Source: an uncultured delta proteobacterium
GTDB taxonomy: Bacteria; Desulfobacterota; Deferrimicrobia; Deferrimicrobiales; Deferrimicrobiaceae
DNA length: 64,000 nt
Direction: 5' to 3'
NCBI GenBank assembly: GCA_963760885.1
Contig: CAVXEY010000007.1
Span: 136,883 to 200,882, forward strand
Under the pieces are notes generated by a model. That model saw only the letters and a program-made list of their open reading frames with translations. It did no database searches and was not told the origin of the DNA. The translations under genes and the position numbers were made by a program. Below, piece after piece: positions 1-9,340 of this stretch (the stretch's first letter is position 1; every line of letters starts with the position of its first letter).

Positions 1-6
1 CCATCC

Positions 7-1668
7 GTGCCTGACGAACTCTTCGGCAAGTTCCTCACGCTCGGCTACATTGCTCCCGATGACCTGAAGGAGATGATGGAGCGTTCCTCGGCCCTCGGGA
101 TTCCGCTGGCGGAGGCGTCCCTCCTCGCGGACCGTCTGCACCCGGACGCGCGCGCATGGATTCTCTCGGAGTCGCTCGGGATCCCGTTTCTCGAGGTCGA
201 GCCCGACTCCATTTCCCTCGATCTCGCCCCTCTGTTTCCCGAAGCGCTGGCCCGCGAGAACCGGATCGTCCCGATCGCCCGCGAAGGAAACCGGGTGACG
301 GTGGCGGTGACCGACCCGTTTCACCAGAGGACATTCGCGGTTCTCGAGGAGATGACCGGGCTTACCCTTCGAATGGTGGTGTGCCCCGGGCGGACGATCG
401 GCGGGATCCTTGCACGCTTTTACCCCGACCCGTCCGGCCTCGAGCCGCTCGACCTGGGCGAGGGCTCGATTTCCAGGGAGGAGGCCGAGGAGTGGCTCTC
501 GGAGGGAGGGAAGAAGCGGGTTTGCGGGCAGGTCCTGCTCCACGCGGCGTCCCGCCGGATGTCGGGCATCCGGATGTTCCCCGTCGGCCGGGACGTGGTG
601 ATCGAGGGACGCTCGGAGGAGAAAACCGTTCGCCTGCTCTCCTTCCCCCTCCGGTTCCGGAAACCTCTCTTCGACGCCTTCCTGGAACTTGCGGGCGTCC
701 CGAGCGGTTCGGACCTTCCCCCGGAGACGGTCTTCCACATCGAGTCCGGGACCGAGGTCGTCGCCCTCCAGGCGAGTTTCCTGAGAGGGCTCTCCGGGCC
801 CGAGGTGATCATAAAGATCCTCCCCGACCAGAAGGCGGGGATCTCGCTCGAGTCCGTCGGCTTCAACCCGAGCCAGCTTGATATCACCGAAAAGGTTCTG
901 CGCAAGGGAAACGGGCTCTTCCTCGTGTCGTCCCCCGGGCCCGAGGGGGTCCCCACCACCCTGTTCGCCATGCTCCGCGAGGTGTACCGGCCCGGACTTC
1001 GCGCCATCACCGTCGAAGAGCGCCACCGGTTCCGGAACGAGGGGTATATCCAGCTCGACCGGAGGCAGGCGGAGGACCGGTATTCCGGCGACTGGTCCCT
1101 CCTGGCGGAGTCGCTCGAACCCGACATCCTGATGATCGAGCACCTTCCCGATCCGGCGGCCCTCGCCGAGCTGCTTCACCTCGCGCAAGGCGGTCCCATC
1201 GTGCTGTGCGGCATCCGCAGGCCAAACTTCGACCGGGTGCTTCGCACGCTGCTGACCCTCGAGGTGGACCCGTTCATCCTGGCGCACGTCATGCGGCTCG
1301 TCATGCACCAGCGGCTGGTGAAGATGCTCTGCATGGAATGCCGCCGGCCGGTCCCTGCGAGGCCCTCCTTGCGGATGGTGGGGGAGCGGTACCGCGGCGA
1401 GCTGGAGCGGATCGTGGCGGATGCCTCGTTCTACCTTCCTTCCGGGTGCCCGAAGTGCGGCGGGACGGGCTATTCGGGCCGAATGGCGCTCATCGAGCTG
1501 ATCCCCTTCACGCCGGGGGTGCAGAACATCGTTTCGTCGGAAGGTACGCTCGAAGAAAAGCTGTCGCGGCTGATGGAGGAGGATCTGTACTCCGCCGCGC
1601 AATCGGTGCAGGAGATGCTCAAGAGCGGGTTGGTTACCTACGAGGACGTCGCTCCGTTCTTCCGTTGA
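7..1668 (+). CDS. GspE/PilB-family protein with degenerate ATPase motifs (T2SSE_N/MshEN-like N-domain; C-terminal CxxC...CxxC zinc motif). The 5' end may be cut by the window edge.
   Basis: N-terminal GSPII_E_N-like region. Walker A position reads SSPGPEGVPTTL instead of GPTGSGKTTTL. The Asp/His-box equivalents read TVEERH, ILMIEHLPD and CGIRRPN. The C-terminus has CMEC...CPKCGG as in GspE/PilB. Confidence 0.7.
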   Translation: MPDELFGKFLTLGYIAPDDLKEMMERSSALGIPLAEASLLADRLHPDARAWILSESLGIPFLEVEPDSISLDLAPLFPEALARENRIVPIAREGNRVTVAVTDPFHQRTFAVLEEMTGLTLRMVVCPGRTIGGILARFYPDPSGLEPLDLGEGSISREEAEEWLSEGGKKRVCGQVLLHAASRRMSGIRMFPVGRDVVIEGRSEEKTVRLLSFPLRFRKPLFDAFLELAGVPSGSDLPPETVFHIESGTEVVALQASFLRGLSGPEVIIKILPDQKAGISLESVGFNPSQLDITEKVLRKGNGLFLVSSPGPEGVPTTLFAMLREVYRPGLRAITVEERHRFRNEGYIQLDRRQAEDRYSGDWSLLAESLEPDILMIEHLPDPAALAELLHLAQGGPIVLCGIRRPNFDRVLRTLLTLEVDPFILAHVMRLVMHQRLVKMLCMECRRPVPARPSLRMVGERYRGELERIVADASFYLPSGCPKCGGTGYSGRMALIELIPFTPGVQNIVSSEGTLEEKLSRLMEEDLYSAAQSVQEMLKSGLVTYEDVAPFFR

Positions 1669-1730
1669 AATGCGGTCGGAACGGAGTACGGTGGAGCTCG
1701 GGCATACAAACGGATCGCCGAGGGGGTGCC

Positions 1731-3521
1731 ATGAAGGAGACGACGCTTCACCGGATGTTCCTGAACCGGATCGCCGAGGGGGGAGACTCGGTCCGGTACA
1801 TGGTCCCGGGCGATCAAGGCTACACGCCGGTGACGTACCGGCAGGTCGGTGAAGCGTCGCGGGAGATCGGTCTCGGGCTGATGGCGCTCGGCCTTTCGCG
1901 GGGGGACCGCGTGGCGATCCTGTCGACGACGCGCCTGGAGTGGTGCCTTGCGGACATCGGGTCGATCCTCGGGGGATTCGTCACGGTGCCGATCTACCCC
2001 TCGAACCTCCCCGACCAGGTGGAATATATCCTGGCCCACTCGCGCGCGCGGGTCGTATTCGTCGAGGACGAGCAGCAGTACAACAAGGTCGCAGGGGTCC
2101 GCTCCCGACTGCCTCATCTCTCGAGCGTCGTGATGATGACCGGCGGCGGGGGGAAGGAGGGCGATTCGACCCTGCCCGCTCTGCGCGAGCGCGGGCAGGC
2201 GCACGGTTCCGGGAACCCCGGGGCCCTCGAGGCGCGCGCGGAGGAGATCCTCCCCACGGATGACCTCACGATCATCTACACCTCCGGCACCACCGGCCCT
2301 CCGAAAGGGGTCGTGACGCGCCACAGCAACTACGCCTTCAACGTGACCTCGGCGCTGGAGGCGGTCAACGTTCCCCGGGGATCGATGTTCCTCCAGTTTC
2401 TCCCCCTGGCGCACTCCCTCGGGCGTCTGGAGCACTTCCTCGCCTTCGACGCGATGGCCGTCTCCTCCTTCGCCCGTTCCCTCCAGACGGTCGCGGAGGA
2501 CCTCGCGGCGGTCCGTCCGGAGATCATGGTGAGCGTGCCCCGGCTCTACGAGAAGTTCTACGCCCGCGTGCTGGCGAAGGTCGAGGAGGACGGGGGGCTG
2601 AAGAAGGCGATCTTCGAGTGGGCCCTCGGCGTCGGCCGCGAGGCGTCGCGGTGCCGCCAGCAGGGCGGAGAGCCGCAAGGGTTCCTCGCCGTGAAAAACG
2701 GGATCGCGGACCGACTGGTCTTCCGGAAGATCCGGGCGCGGATGGGCGGAAGGCTGCGCTTCTTCATCTCGGGGGGGGCGCCCCTGTCCCGGGAGATCGC
2801 CGAGTTCCTGCACGCCATCGGCGTTCTCATCCTCGAGGGATACGGGCTCACGGAGACCTCCACGGTCACGACGGTCAACCGCCTTGAGCGGTACAAGTTC
2901 GGCACCGTGGGGAAGGCGCTCCCGGGCACCGAGATCCGGATCGCCGTGGACGGCGAGATCCTCGTGCGGGGTCCGCACCTGTTCCGCGAGTATTTCAACG
3001 ACCCCGCCGCCACACGGGAGGCGATCGAACCGGACGGCTGGTTCCACACGGGGGACATCGGTGCCCTCGACGAGGAGGGGTTTCTTCGCATCACCGACCG
3101 GAAGAAGGACATCATCGTTACCTCGGGGGGGAAGAACATCGCCCCCCAGAACCTGGAGAATCTCCTCAAGAACGACCGGTACATCAGCCAGGCGTTCGTG
3201 TACGGCGACCGGAAGAAGTACCTGACCGCCCTCATCACGCTCGTTCCCGAGGAGATCGTCGCCTGGGCGGCCAAACAGGGGATCCCGGATCAAAGCATCA
3301 AGGCGTTGTCGAAGAACCCCGAGGTGCTGCAGTTGATTCGCGAGCGGGTCGACGAGGTCAACCGGGGTCTGGCCTCCTTCGAGCAGGTGAAGAAAATCGC
3401 GGTGCTGGAATCGGACTTCTCCCAGGAAACCGGAGAACTGACGCCCACGCTGAAGGTGCGCCGCAAGGTGGTGGTCGAGATGTACGGACGGATTCTCGAC
3501 GATCTCTACGGGAAGGATTGA
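1731..3521 (+). CDS. fadD: long-chain-fatty-acid--CoA ligase (AMP-dependent synthetase)
   Basis: AMP-binding motif IIYTSGTTGPPKGVV. Typical FadD-like length (596 aa). Start MKETTLHRM preceded by a GGAGG-like RBS. Confidence 0.85.
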   Translation: MKETTLHRMFLNRIAEGGDSVRYMVPGDQGYTPVTYRQVGEASREIGLGLMALGLSRGDRVAILSTTRLEWCLADIGSILGGFVTVPIYPSNLPDQVEYILAHSRARVVFVEDEQQYNKVAGVRSRLPHLSSVVMMTGGGGKEGDSTLPALRERGQAHGSGNPGALEARAEEILPTDDLTIIYTSGTTGPPKGVVTRHSNYAFNVTSALEAVNVPRGSMFLQFLPLAHSLGRLEHFLAFDAMAVSSFARSLQTVAEDLAAVRPEIMVSVPRLYEKFYARVLAKVEEDGGLKKAIFEWALGVGREASRCRQQGGEPQGFLAVKNGIADRLVFRKIRARMGGRLRFFISGGAPLSREIAEFLHAIGVLILEGYGLTETSTVTTVNRLERYKFGTVGKALPGTEIRIAVDGEILVRGPHLFREYFNDPAATREAIEPDGWFHTGDIGALDEEGFLRITDRKKDIIVTSGGKNIAPQNLENLLKNDRYISQAFVYGDRKKYLTALITLVPEEIVAWAAKQGIPDQSIKALSKNPEVLQLIRERVDEVNRGLASFEQVKKIAVLESDFSQETGELTPTLKVRRKVVVEMYGRILDDLYGKD

Positions 3522-3530
3522 CCGGGAACG

Positions 3531-4316
3531 TTGCCCACCACGATCTACGAGCTCAACCGGATGCCGGAGGTGGAGCGTTCCGCGCTATTGTCGCTCCTCG
3601 TCCCGAGGCGCCTCTTTTCAATGTTTTCGATCGACCCCCGGGACTTCCGGAATTCCTCCGGATTCGAGTGCGTGAAGTTCACCTGCCCGGATGAGATGCC
3701 GTTTTTCCAGATCGACGTACGGAGGGATCCCGCGGACAAGGACGCTGCGTACTTTCTCGACGTGTCGACCTCGGCGTTCGGGCAGATGGAGATCTCCTTC
3801 ATCATCGTCAATGATCCCGAGGGGGAGCGGTTCGGGATCGACCGGGACGAAAACGGTCACGAGACGTACTTCGGGACCGCGCGGCGAAACGTGCCGGAGG
3901 AACTCCGGGCGATGGAGGCCGGCCTGGCGCCGGGGCAGGTGCGCAGGGGCTTGCGAATGATGTCGGAGATGGTGGAGTGCTGGGACGCTTTCTTCGACCG
4001 GATGGGGTACAAGTTCTACTTTCTCGAGCCGCTGGGGTACAACAGCGCGATCCTCTATGAGCACGCGGGGTTCCAGTACTTGAAAGGAAAGGAAAATATG
4101 CTTTGGATCGACAGGGAGTTCCGCCCCGGGGGGCTGTTGCGCGAGCGGCTCGACGGGAGCACGCCGTTCCGGCGACCTTCTCTCGCCCTGACCGTTCGGG
4201 GGCGGGCGTGGGCGATTCACGACGGGATCCTCGACGAGCCGTGGGAAAGCCCAAAGATGTACAAAACCGTCGGCGTGCAGTCGGGCGTCCACACATTCAC
4301 AGGGGAGAAATATTGA
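3531..4316 (+). CDS. hypothetical protein
   Basis: 261-aa ORF in the sense frame, tightly spaced after fadD. No motif recognised. Confidence 0.45.
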   Translation: MPTTIYELNRMPEVERSALLSLLVPRRLFSMFSIDPRDFRNSSGFECVKFTCPDEMPFFQIDVRRDPADKDAAYFLDVSTSAFGQMEISFIIVNDPEGERFGIDRDENGHETYFGTARRNVPEELRAMEAGLAPGQVRRGLRMMSEMVECWDAFFDRMGYKFYFLEPLGYNSAILYEHAGFQYLKGKENMLWIDREFRPGGLLRERLDGSTPFRRPSLALTVRGRAWAIHDGILDEPWESPKMYKTVGVQSGVHTFTGEKY

Positions 4317-6304
4317 TCCCGTCGCGTCTTCTTCCCGTCGCGATTCTTCTGGCCGCGTTGCTGCCCGGGGCGGCGGCCCAGGATCGGGAGGATCCCCCCC
4401 GGATCTTCTTCGAGAAGAAGGTCTATTCCGATACGGCGGGCGGGAGACAGAGTTTCTTCGAGACGTACATCGTGGAGAAGGGGGACACGCTCTGGAAGAT
4501 CCTCCAGCGGAACGAGCCCCTCACACCGGACCGGTACTCGGAGCGCCTCAAGGAATTCCGGCGCGCCAATCCGAAGGTCGCCGACCCATCGCGGATCGCG
4601 CCGGGCCAGAAACTTCTCGTTCCCTCCGGCGCAAAACCGAAGACGATCGCCAACGGCAAGACGATCGATTACACGGTGGAGCGGGGGGACACCCTTTTGA
4701 AGATCCTGTCCGCCCGGGGCGTTCCGGCCCCACAGCGGAAGAAGTTCCTCGACGCGATTCAGGAGATCAATACATCGGTCACGGATGTGGACCGGATCCT
4801 CGCGGGGAATACCCTCCTTCTTCCGACGGAAAAGTACTTCACGCGAGAGGTTCCGCCTGCGGAAACGGAAAAGACGATGGCCGCCGCGGAACCGGCGAAG
4901 GCGGCGATCGTCCCGGAACCGTCGGAGCCCGCCGCTCCGGTGAAACGGGCCGCGTCGCCGATAGCCCCGGAGCCGGAGAAGGTCGCACCCCCGGAGGTCG
5001 CGCCGTCGGTCCTCCCGCGCCCGGCGGAGGGCATGCCATCCCCGGAGGTTCCCCCTGCGCAGGCGTTGACCCGCGACATCGCCGCCGGCCCGGGCACGGA
5101 CGCCCTGGCCGCCGGAAAGCCGGAGGCGGAGCTGCTGGTTCCCAAGCCGGTTCCCCCGGACGCTTCGGTCGTGGAGACGGGGAAGGCGAAGCCCGCGCGG
5201 GAGGTCGTCACCCCACCGGTGCGGTCTCCATACCGGGGGCTCCTGTCGGACCTCTTCCTGGCGATCGGAGAGAGATGGGTCGATCACGGAACGATGTATC
5301 TTCCTCTCCCTTCCGGGGGGGACGTGTTGCTGCAGTTGTCCGATTTCCCCGTCGTGCGATTCTCCGGGGGAGCGGAGGCGCTCATCGATTTCCGCGGAGG
5401 CATCCCACCCCGCATTGCGGATGCGATCTCCTCCCAATGGAAATCGCTCCGGGTGGTCTCTCTCGCCGACGCGGGCGGGGCGGGGGATCGGATCGACCGG
5501 ATTCTGCGCGTGTCGGGATACTATTCCGTGAAAGAGGGGATCTCCAACCCCGTGGTCGTGGGCGAGACCGTTTCGGTCACGCTCCCGGCGCGATGGGTCA
5601 TCCAGCGGACCGAGGACAGCCTCCTTTTGGGAGACCTCATCCTGCTGAAAGAGGTCCCGGAAAGGCCCGATCCCGAACTTCTCGCCGTCCTTCGGTACGC
5701 CCGTCGCGTCGGGCTCCGCGTTCTTCCCTACGCCGACGATCCGAACGCGATGGAAGGGTTCCTCGTGGGCATCCCGGAGGATGCGTCGGAGGAAGGGATC
5801 CCGGTGGCCCTCGCGGTGCCGAAAACGGGCGGGCTCCCGGCGGTCGACTTCGGTCTCTCCCTCCTCGGGATCCCCGCCAGGACCGGGGAGCGTCTGCGCG
5901 TGGGTGGGGCGGAAGACGCCTTCCGGCTCGTGGTATCGCCCGAGCGGTTCTTCGAGGCAGGCGGGAAGAAGTACGTCGTCGATACCGGGAAGATGTCCAC
6001 AGCGATCCGCTCGATCCTCCGGGAATCGGGGTACGCCGTCTTCATGGCGGGGAAGGACGTTTCCGGCAGGGAGATTTTCCTGCGGCTGATGAAGGCGGCG
6101 GGGATCGTGCCGGAAGAGCGAAAGGAGTATCTGCTGACGGGGGGCGCGAAGGCGGGATATGAGATTCGGGTCACGGGCACGTTCCTTTCCGTGCCAGGTC
6201 CCTCGGGCGGGGCGGGACGAAGGATCGTGCTGATTCGCAGGAAGATTCACTCGGCCACTCGGGCGTTGCTCGGAGACATGGGTGTGGAAATCGTCGAGTG
6301 GTAG
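4313..6304 (+). CDS. secreted LysM-domain protein (two LysM repeats, Pro-rich linker, C-terminal domain of unknown function)
   Basis: TTG start overlapping the upstream stop, with RBS AGGGGAGA. Signal peptide MIPSRLLPVAILLAALLPGAAAQ. LysM signatures YIVEKGDTLWKIL and YTVERGDTLLKIL. A PEPxxP-rich spacer follows. Confidence 0.7.
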   Translation: MIPSRLLPVAILLAALLPGAAAQDREDPPRIFFEKKVYSDTAGGRQSFFETYIVEKGDTLWKILQRNEPLTPDRYSERLKEFRRANPKVADPSRIAPGQKLLVPSGAKPKTIANGKTIDYTVERGDTLLKILSARGVPAPQRKKFLDAIQEINTSVTDVDRILAGNTLLLPTEKYFTREVPPAETEKTMAAAEPAKAAIVPEPSEPAAPVKRAASPIAPEPEKVAPPEVAPSVLPRPAEGMPSPEVPPAQALTRDIAAGPGTDALAAGKPEAELLVPKPVPPDASVVETGKAKPAREVVTPPVRSPYRGLLSDLFLAIGERWVDHGTMYLPLPSGGDVLLQLSDFPVVRFSGGAEALIDFRGGIPPRIADAISSQWKSLRVVSLADAGGAGDRIDRILRVSGYYSVKEGISNPVVVGETVSVTLPARWVIQRTEDSLLLGDLILLKEVPERPDPELLAVLRYARRVGLRVLPYADDPNAMEGFLVGIPEDASEEGIPVALAVPKTGGLPAVDFGLSLLGIPARTGERLRVGGAEDAFRLVVSPERFFEAGGKKYVVDTGKMSTAIRSILRESGYAVFMAGKDVSGREIFLRLMKAAGIVPEERKEYLLTGGAKAGYEIRVTGTFLSVPGPSGGAGRRIVLIRRKIHSATRALLGDMGVEIVEW

Positions 6305-6355
6305 TCGTACAATTGTTATTGATGGTGGCGGACGGGTGTCGGAGGGCACCGATCG

Positions 6356-6949
6356 ATGAGGAGTGCGACGAACCGAAACTCGGCGCGCCGATTGGATGAC
6401 GCGTCGACTCTGACCGGGCTTCTGGAGTTTCGCCCCAGGACGGCGGTCGTGCTCGTTTTTCTTACCCTCATGGTCGCCGTCGTCGGCTGGCGGATCGCCC
6501 GGGACACGGGAGTCCGCCGGGTCAACGACTTTGCGCGCGAAGCGATCACGCTGTTCGATGCCGCTCCGTCGACGGGTACCGCAACCGCCCCGCCGGATGC
6601 CGACGAGGTGGAAAAGAGGTTCCGGTCCTTCGCGGGTGATTCCATCGGGATCCCGCGGGACGACCCCGACTTCGTTCCCGTCGAGGTCCGCAAGGTGGTG
6701 TTTGCGAACCATCCGGCCGTCTCGCTGCGGTTCCGCTACGCGGGGGAGGGGTATCTGCTCGTGGTGTCCGCCCGGGACCGGCTCCTCGGGACTCCAACCG
6801 TCGCGGCGTTCCCCGAGAGGTCGTTCGTCTCCGGGGAGCGGGACGGCAGGTCGTTCGTCCTGTGGGAGCGGGAGGAGGCGACGTGCATCGTTGTTTCGGA
6901 GGGCGATGTGACCCAGGCGTTCGAACTGGTTCGCCGCCTGTTCACCTGA
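6356..6949 (+). CDS. hypothetical membrane-anchored protein
   Basis: 197-aa ORF with a single N-terminal TM helix (VVLVFLTLMVAVVGW). No family recognised. Confidence 0.45.
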   Translation: MRSATNRNSARRLDDASTLTGLLEFRPRTAVVLVFLTLMVAVVGWRIARDTGVRRVNDFAREAITLFDAAPSTGTATAPPDADEVEKRFRSFAGDSIGIPRDDPDFVPVEVRKVVFANHPAVSLRFRYAGEGYLLVVSARDRLLGTPTVAAFPERSFVSGERDGRSFVLWEREEATCIVVSEGDVTQAFELVRRLFT

Positions 6950-6986
6950 TGCGGAGCGGAACCGAATTCGTCAAAGAGGAGCTTCG

Positions 6987-7625
6987 ATGAACGTCGCCAA
7001 GAGGATGAAGCGGAACCCCGTGTTCGTCGACGAGGGGGACTCGATGAAGAAGGCGATGGATCTGCTGAAGGAACACGAGATCCGTCACCTCCCCGTCCTG
7101 AAGGACGGGGAGCGGCTCGTCGGCATCCTCTCGGAGCGGGATATCAAACAGGCGTCCCCTTCCCCCGCGACCGCCCTCGAGATCCGGGAGATCTACTACC
7201 TCCTCGACAAGGTCAAGGTGAAGCAGATCATGACGCGGCGGCCGTACACCGTCTCCTCCACGGCCCCGATCGAGGAGGCGGCCCTGATCATCCGGGAGAA
7301 GAAGATCGGCTGCCTGCCCGTGGTGGACGACGGGAAACTCGTCGGGATCCTCACGGAGACCGACATCATCGATGCGTTCATCGAGGGGATGGGCGTGGAC
7401 GGACCGGGGTACCGGATCGAGCTGGTGCTTCAGAACCGGCCCGGGAAGCTTCTCGAACTCCTCAAGCTGCTCAAGGATTTCGAAGCGAACGTCGTCTCGG
7501 TCGCGACGGCGGCCCACGAGGATCCGGCAAAGATCATCAACATCCTTCGAATCGAGACCAGGAACTACAAGGTGTTGAAGGCGGCGATCCGGAAGTCCGG
7601 GTTCGATCTTCTTTCCGCCGATTGA
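6987..7625 (+). CDS. CBS-pair plus ACT domain protein (AcuB-like)
   Basis: Two CBS motifs (HLPVLKDGERLVGILSERDI; GCLPVVDDGKLVGILTETDI) followed by an ACT-like tail. RBS AGGAG. Confidence 0.8.
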   Translation: MNVAKRMKRNPVFVDEGDSMKKAMDLLKEHEIRHLPVLKDGERLVGILSERDIKQASPSPATALEIREIYYLLDKVKVKQIMTRRPYTVSSTAPIEEAALIIREKKIGCLPVVDDGKLVGILTETDIIDAFIEGMGVDGPGYRIELVLQNRPGKLLELLKLLKDFEANVVSVATAAHEDPAKIINILRIETRNYKVLKAAIRKSGFDLLSAD

Positions 7626-7723
7626 ATTGACCCGCGTCAAGGAACGGCGGATCCTGCCCCTGCATCCTATATTCATGATGGTGGGGTTTTGACAACTCTG
7701 CGGGAAATCGAGGAGGTATACCG

Positions 7724-7942
7724 GTGAGACCAGAAGTCGAGAAAGTGCTGGAAAGCATTCGCCCCGCCCTCCAGGCCGATGGGGGAGACGTGGAACTCGT
7801 CGACATCGACGGTGGCGTGGTGAAGGTGCGCCTCATGGGCGCATGCGGCGGCTGCCCCATGGCCACCATGACGTTGAAGGGCGGCATCGAGGCGGCCCTC
7901 AAGGAGCGGATTCCGGCCGTCGAACGGGTGGAGTCCGTATAA
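7724..7942 (+). CDS. NifU-like (Nfu C-terminal domain) Fe-S assembly protein
   Basis: The 72-aa ORF has the [16 protein letters not shown] signature of Nfu/NifU C-terminal domains. GTG start. Confidence 0.8.
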   Translation: MRPEVEKVLESIRPALQADGGDVELVDIDGGVVKVRLMGACGGCPMATMTLKGGIEAALKERIPAVERVESV

Positions 7943-7970
7943 CCCACTAACTTATTCAAAGGGAGGTGTC

Positions 7971-8141
7971 ATGGCGTACAAAATCACGGAGGAGTGCATC
8001 GCCTGCGGCGCATGCGCGCCGGAGTGCCCCGTCCAGTGCATCGCGGAGGGGGACCCGATCTACACGATCGACGCAAGCATATGCACGGATTGCGCGGCGT
8101 GCGCGGGGGTGTGCCCTACCGCGGCGTGCGTCCCGGCGTAA
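7971..8141 (+). CDS. 2x[4Fe-4S] ferredoxin (56 aa)
   Basis: MAYKITEECIACGACAPECPVQCI...CTDCAACAGVCPTAAC. Two CxxCxxCxxxCP motifs. RBS GGGAGG 6 nt upstream. Confidence 0.8.
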   Translation: MAYKITEECIACGACAPECPVQCIAEGDPIYTIDASICTDCAACAGVCPTAACVPA

Positions 8142-8186
8142 CGCGATCTTCACCGGGGCGAAACCTGGCCGGCGGACGCCGGCCCG

Positions 8187-8226
8187 AAGGGGGGCGAAAG
8201 GACACCTTTTCGCCCCCCTCTTTTTC
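8187..8226 (+). terminator. rho-independent terminator
   Basis: GGGGGGCGAAAG...CTTTTCGCCCCCC hairpin followed by TCTTTTT. Confidence 0.6.
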
Positions 8227-8351
8227 ATCCGGGAGACGATACCCGTGGATCCGTTCAACGAAGATAGCGTGCCTGTAAGGTGCAGACGCCTCCAGGGGAC
8301 ATACTTGGCGTAAACCCGGGATGCGGGAAATGCGTGTCCCCCGCCCAGACG

Positions 8352-8921
8352 CTACAACAGCTTCCTCACTTCCTTGTCGAACGCTTCCTTGTCCATGTAC
8401 CCGACGTGGACGTTCTTGATCTCCCCGTCCTTTCCAACGAAGAAGGTGGTCGGGAGGGCGGAGACCCCGCCGTACGCGCGGGCGGTGGCCAGGTCCCCGA
8501 AAAGAATCTTGTACCCGATCCGGTTGCTCATCAGGAACCCCGGCATGTTCTCCCGCGTGTCGGTGTCGAGCGAGATGCCGATCAACTCGAAACCGTTCTC
8601 CTTGTGCCGGTTGTACACCTCGACGAATCCGGGGATCTCCTCCCGGCAGGGGGGGCACCAGGTCGCGAAGAAGTTGATGGCTGCCGGCTTCCCCGCCAGT
8701 TGGGCGGAGGAGTAGATGTTTCCGTTCGTGTCCTTGAGGGAGAACGGGGGAGCGGTCCTCGACCCGGAGAACCCCGCCGTCGTTCCCGTCCCGTCCTTCG
8801 TGACCTCCCGCTCCTGTTGCCAATTCCGGTATAGCAGGAGGACTCCCGCCAGTACCACGACCAGCGCCAGGATCAGCGGAACCGCGCCGATTCCATTTCG
8901 CGACAACGTACCCCTCTTCAT
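8352..8921 (-). CDS. TlpA/ResA-like thiol-disulfide oxidoreductase (thioredoxin fold, membrane anchored)
   Basis: N-terminal TM helix. WCPPC active site (FFATWCPPCREEIP). Confidence 0.8.
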   Translation of the reverse strand: MKRGTLSRNGIGAVPLILALVVVLAGVLLLYRNWQQEREVTKDGTGTTAGFSGSRTAPPFSLKDTNGNIYSSAQLAGKPAAINFFATWCPPCREEIPGFVEVYNRHKENGFELIGISLDTDTRENMPGFLMSNRIGYKILFGDLATARAYGGVSALPTTFFVGKDGEIKNVHVGYMDKEAFDKEVRKLL

Positions 8922-9120
8922 TCCGTGTCCCCCGTGTTGCGCCTCATCGACCTTGTAGGAACATGATACCAAATCCGGTGTCCGCCTGCCTCGATGCGAC
9001 CCTTCGCCGGGCGTCCACGGTTGTCCCCATGGTATTATGGCGTTTTGGGTGGATTCCGTTTGAAACGGAATCCCTTCCCGGGAACTCCTATTAGAATGTA
9101 CGTCGGCAAAGGAGAGCGCG

Positions 9121-9318
9121 ATGGCGAACTGGTCCATGGAAGAGGCGTTGCGGATGGCGTTGCGCCTGGAGGCGGAGAACTTCACGGAGTACGAAAAGAG
9201 CGCCGCCGAGGCGACCAACCCCGGCGTGAAGTCGATGTTCCTCTTTCTCGCGGAGGAGGAGCGCAACCACCTGAAACTGATAAAGGAAAAGATGGCGCAG
9301 TTCAACGTCACACCGTGA
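9121..9318 (+). CDS. small ferritin-like (rubrerythrin-type E...EXXH half-site) protein, copy 1
   Basis: 65 aa: LEAENFTEY...FLAEEERNHLKLIKE. Paralogous to the ORF at 11011..11208. Confidence 0.6.
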   Translation: MANWSMEEALRMALRLEAENFTEYEKSAAEATNPGVKSMFLFLAEEERNHLKLIKEKMAQFNVTP

Positions 9319-9340
9319 ACGGGGGAGCGCGGACGAACCG

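Noticed and set aside
1638-3293. 551-aa ORF antisense to fadD, and many similar long antisense or shifted ORFs (e.g. 156..881, 4217..6712, 9308..10558, 10916..12823, 16486..17676, 21330..22727, 25073..26596, 30770..32401, 32181..33767, 41618..44326, 44590..46332, 50582..52744, 57602..59476)
   Set aside because: In ~70% GC DNA stop codons are rare in all frames. These products are Arg/Pro/Gly-rich low-complexity sequences with no motifs, and each overlaps a motif-rich gene on the other strand or frame.
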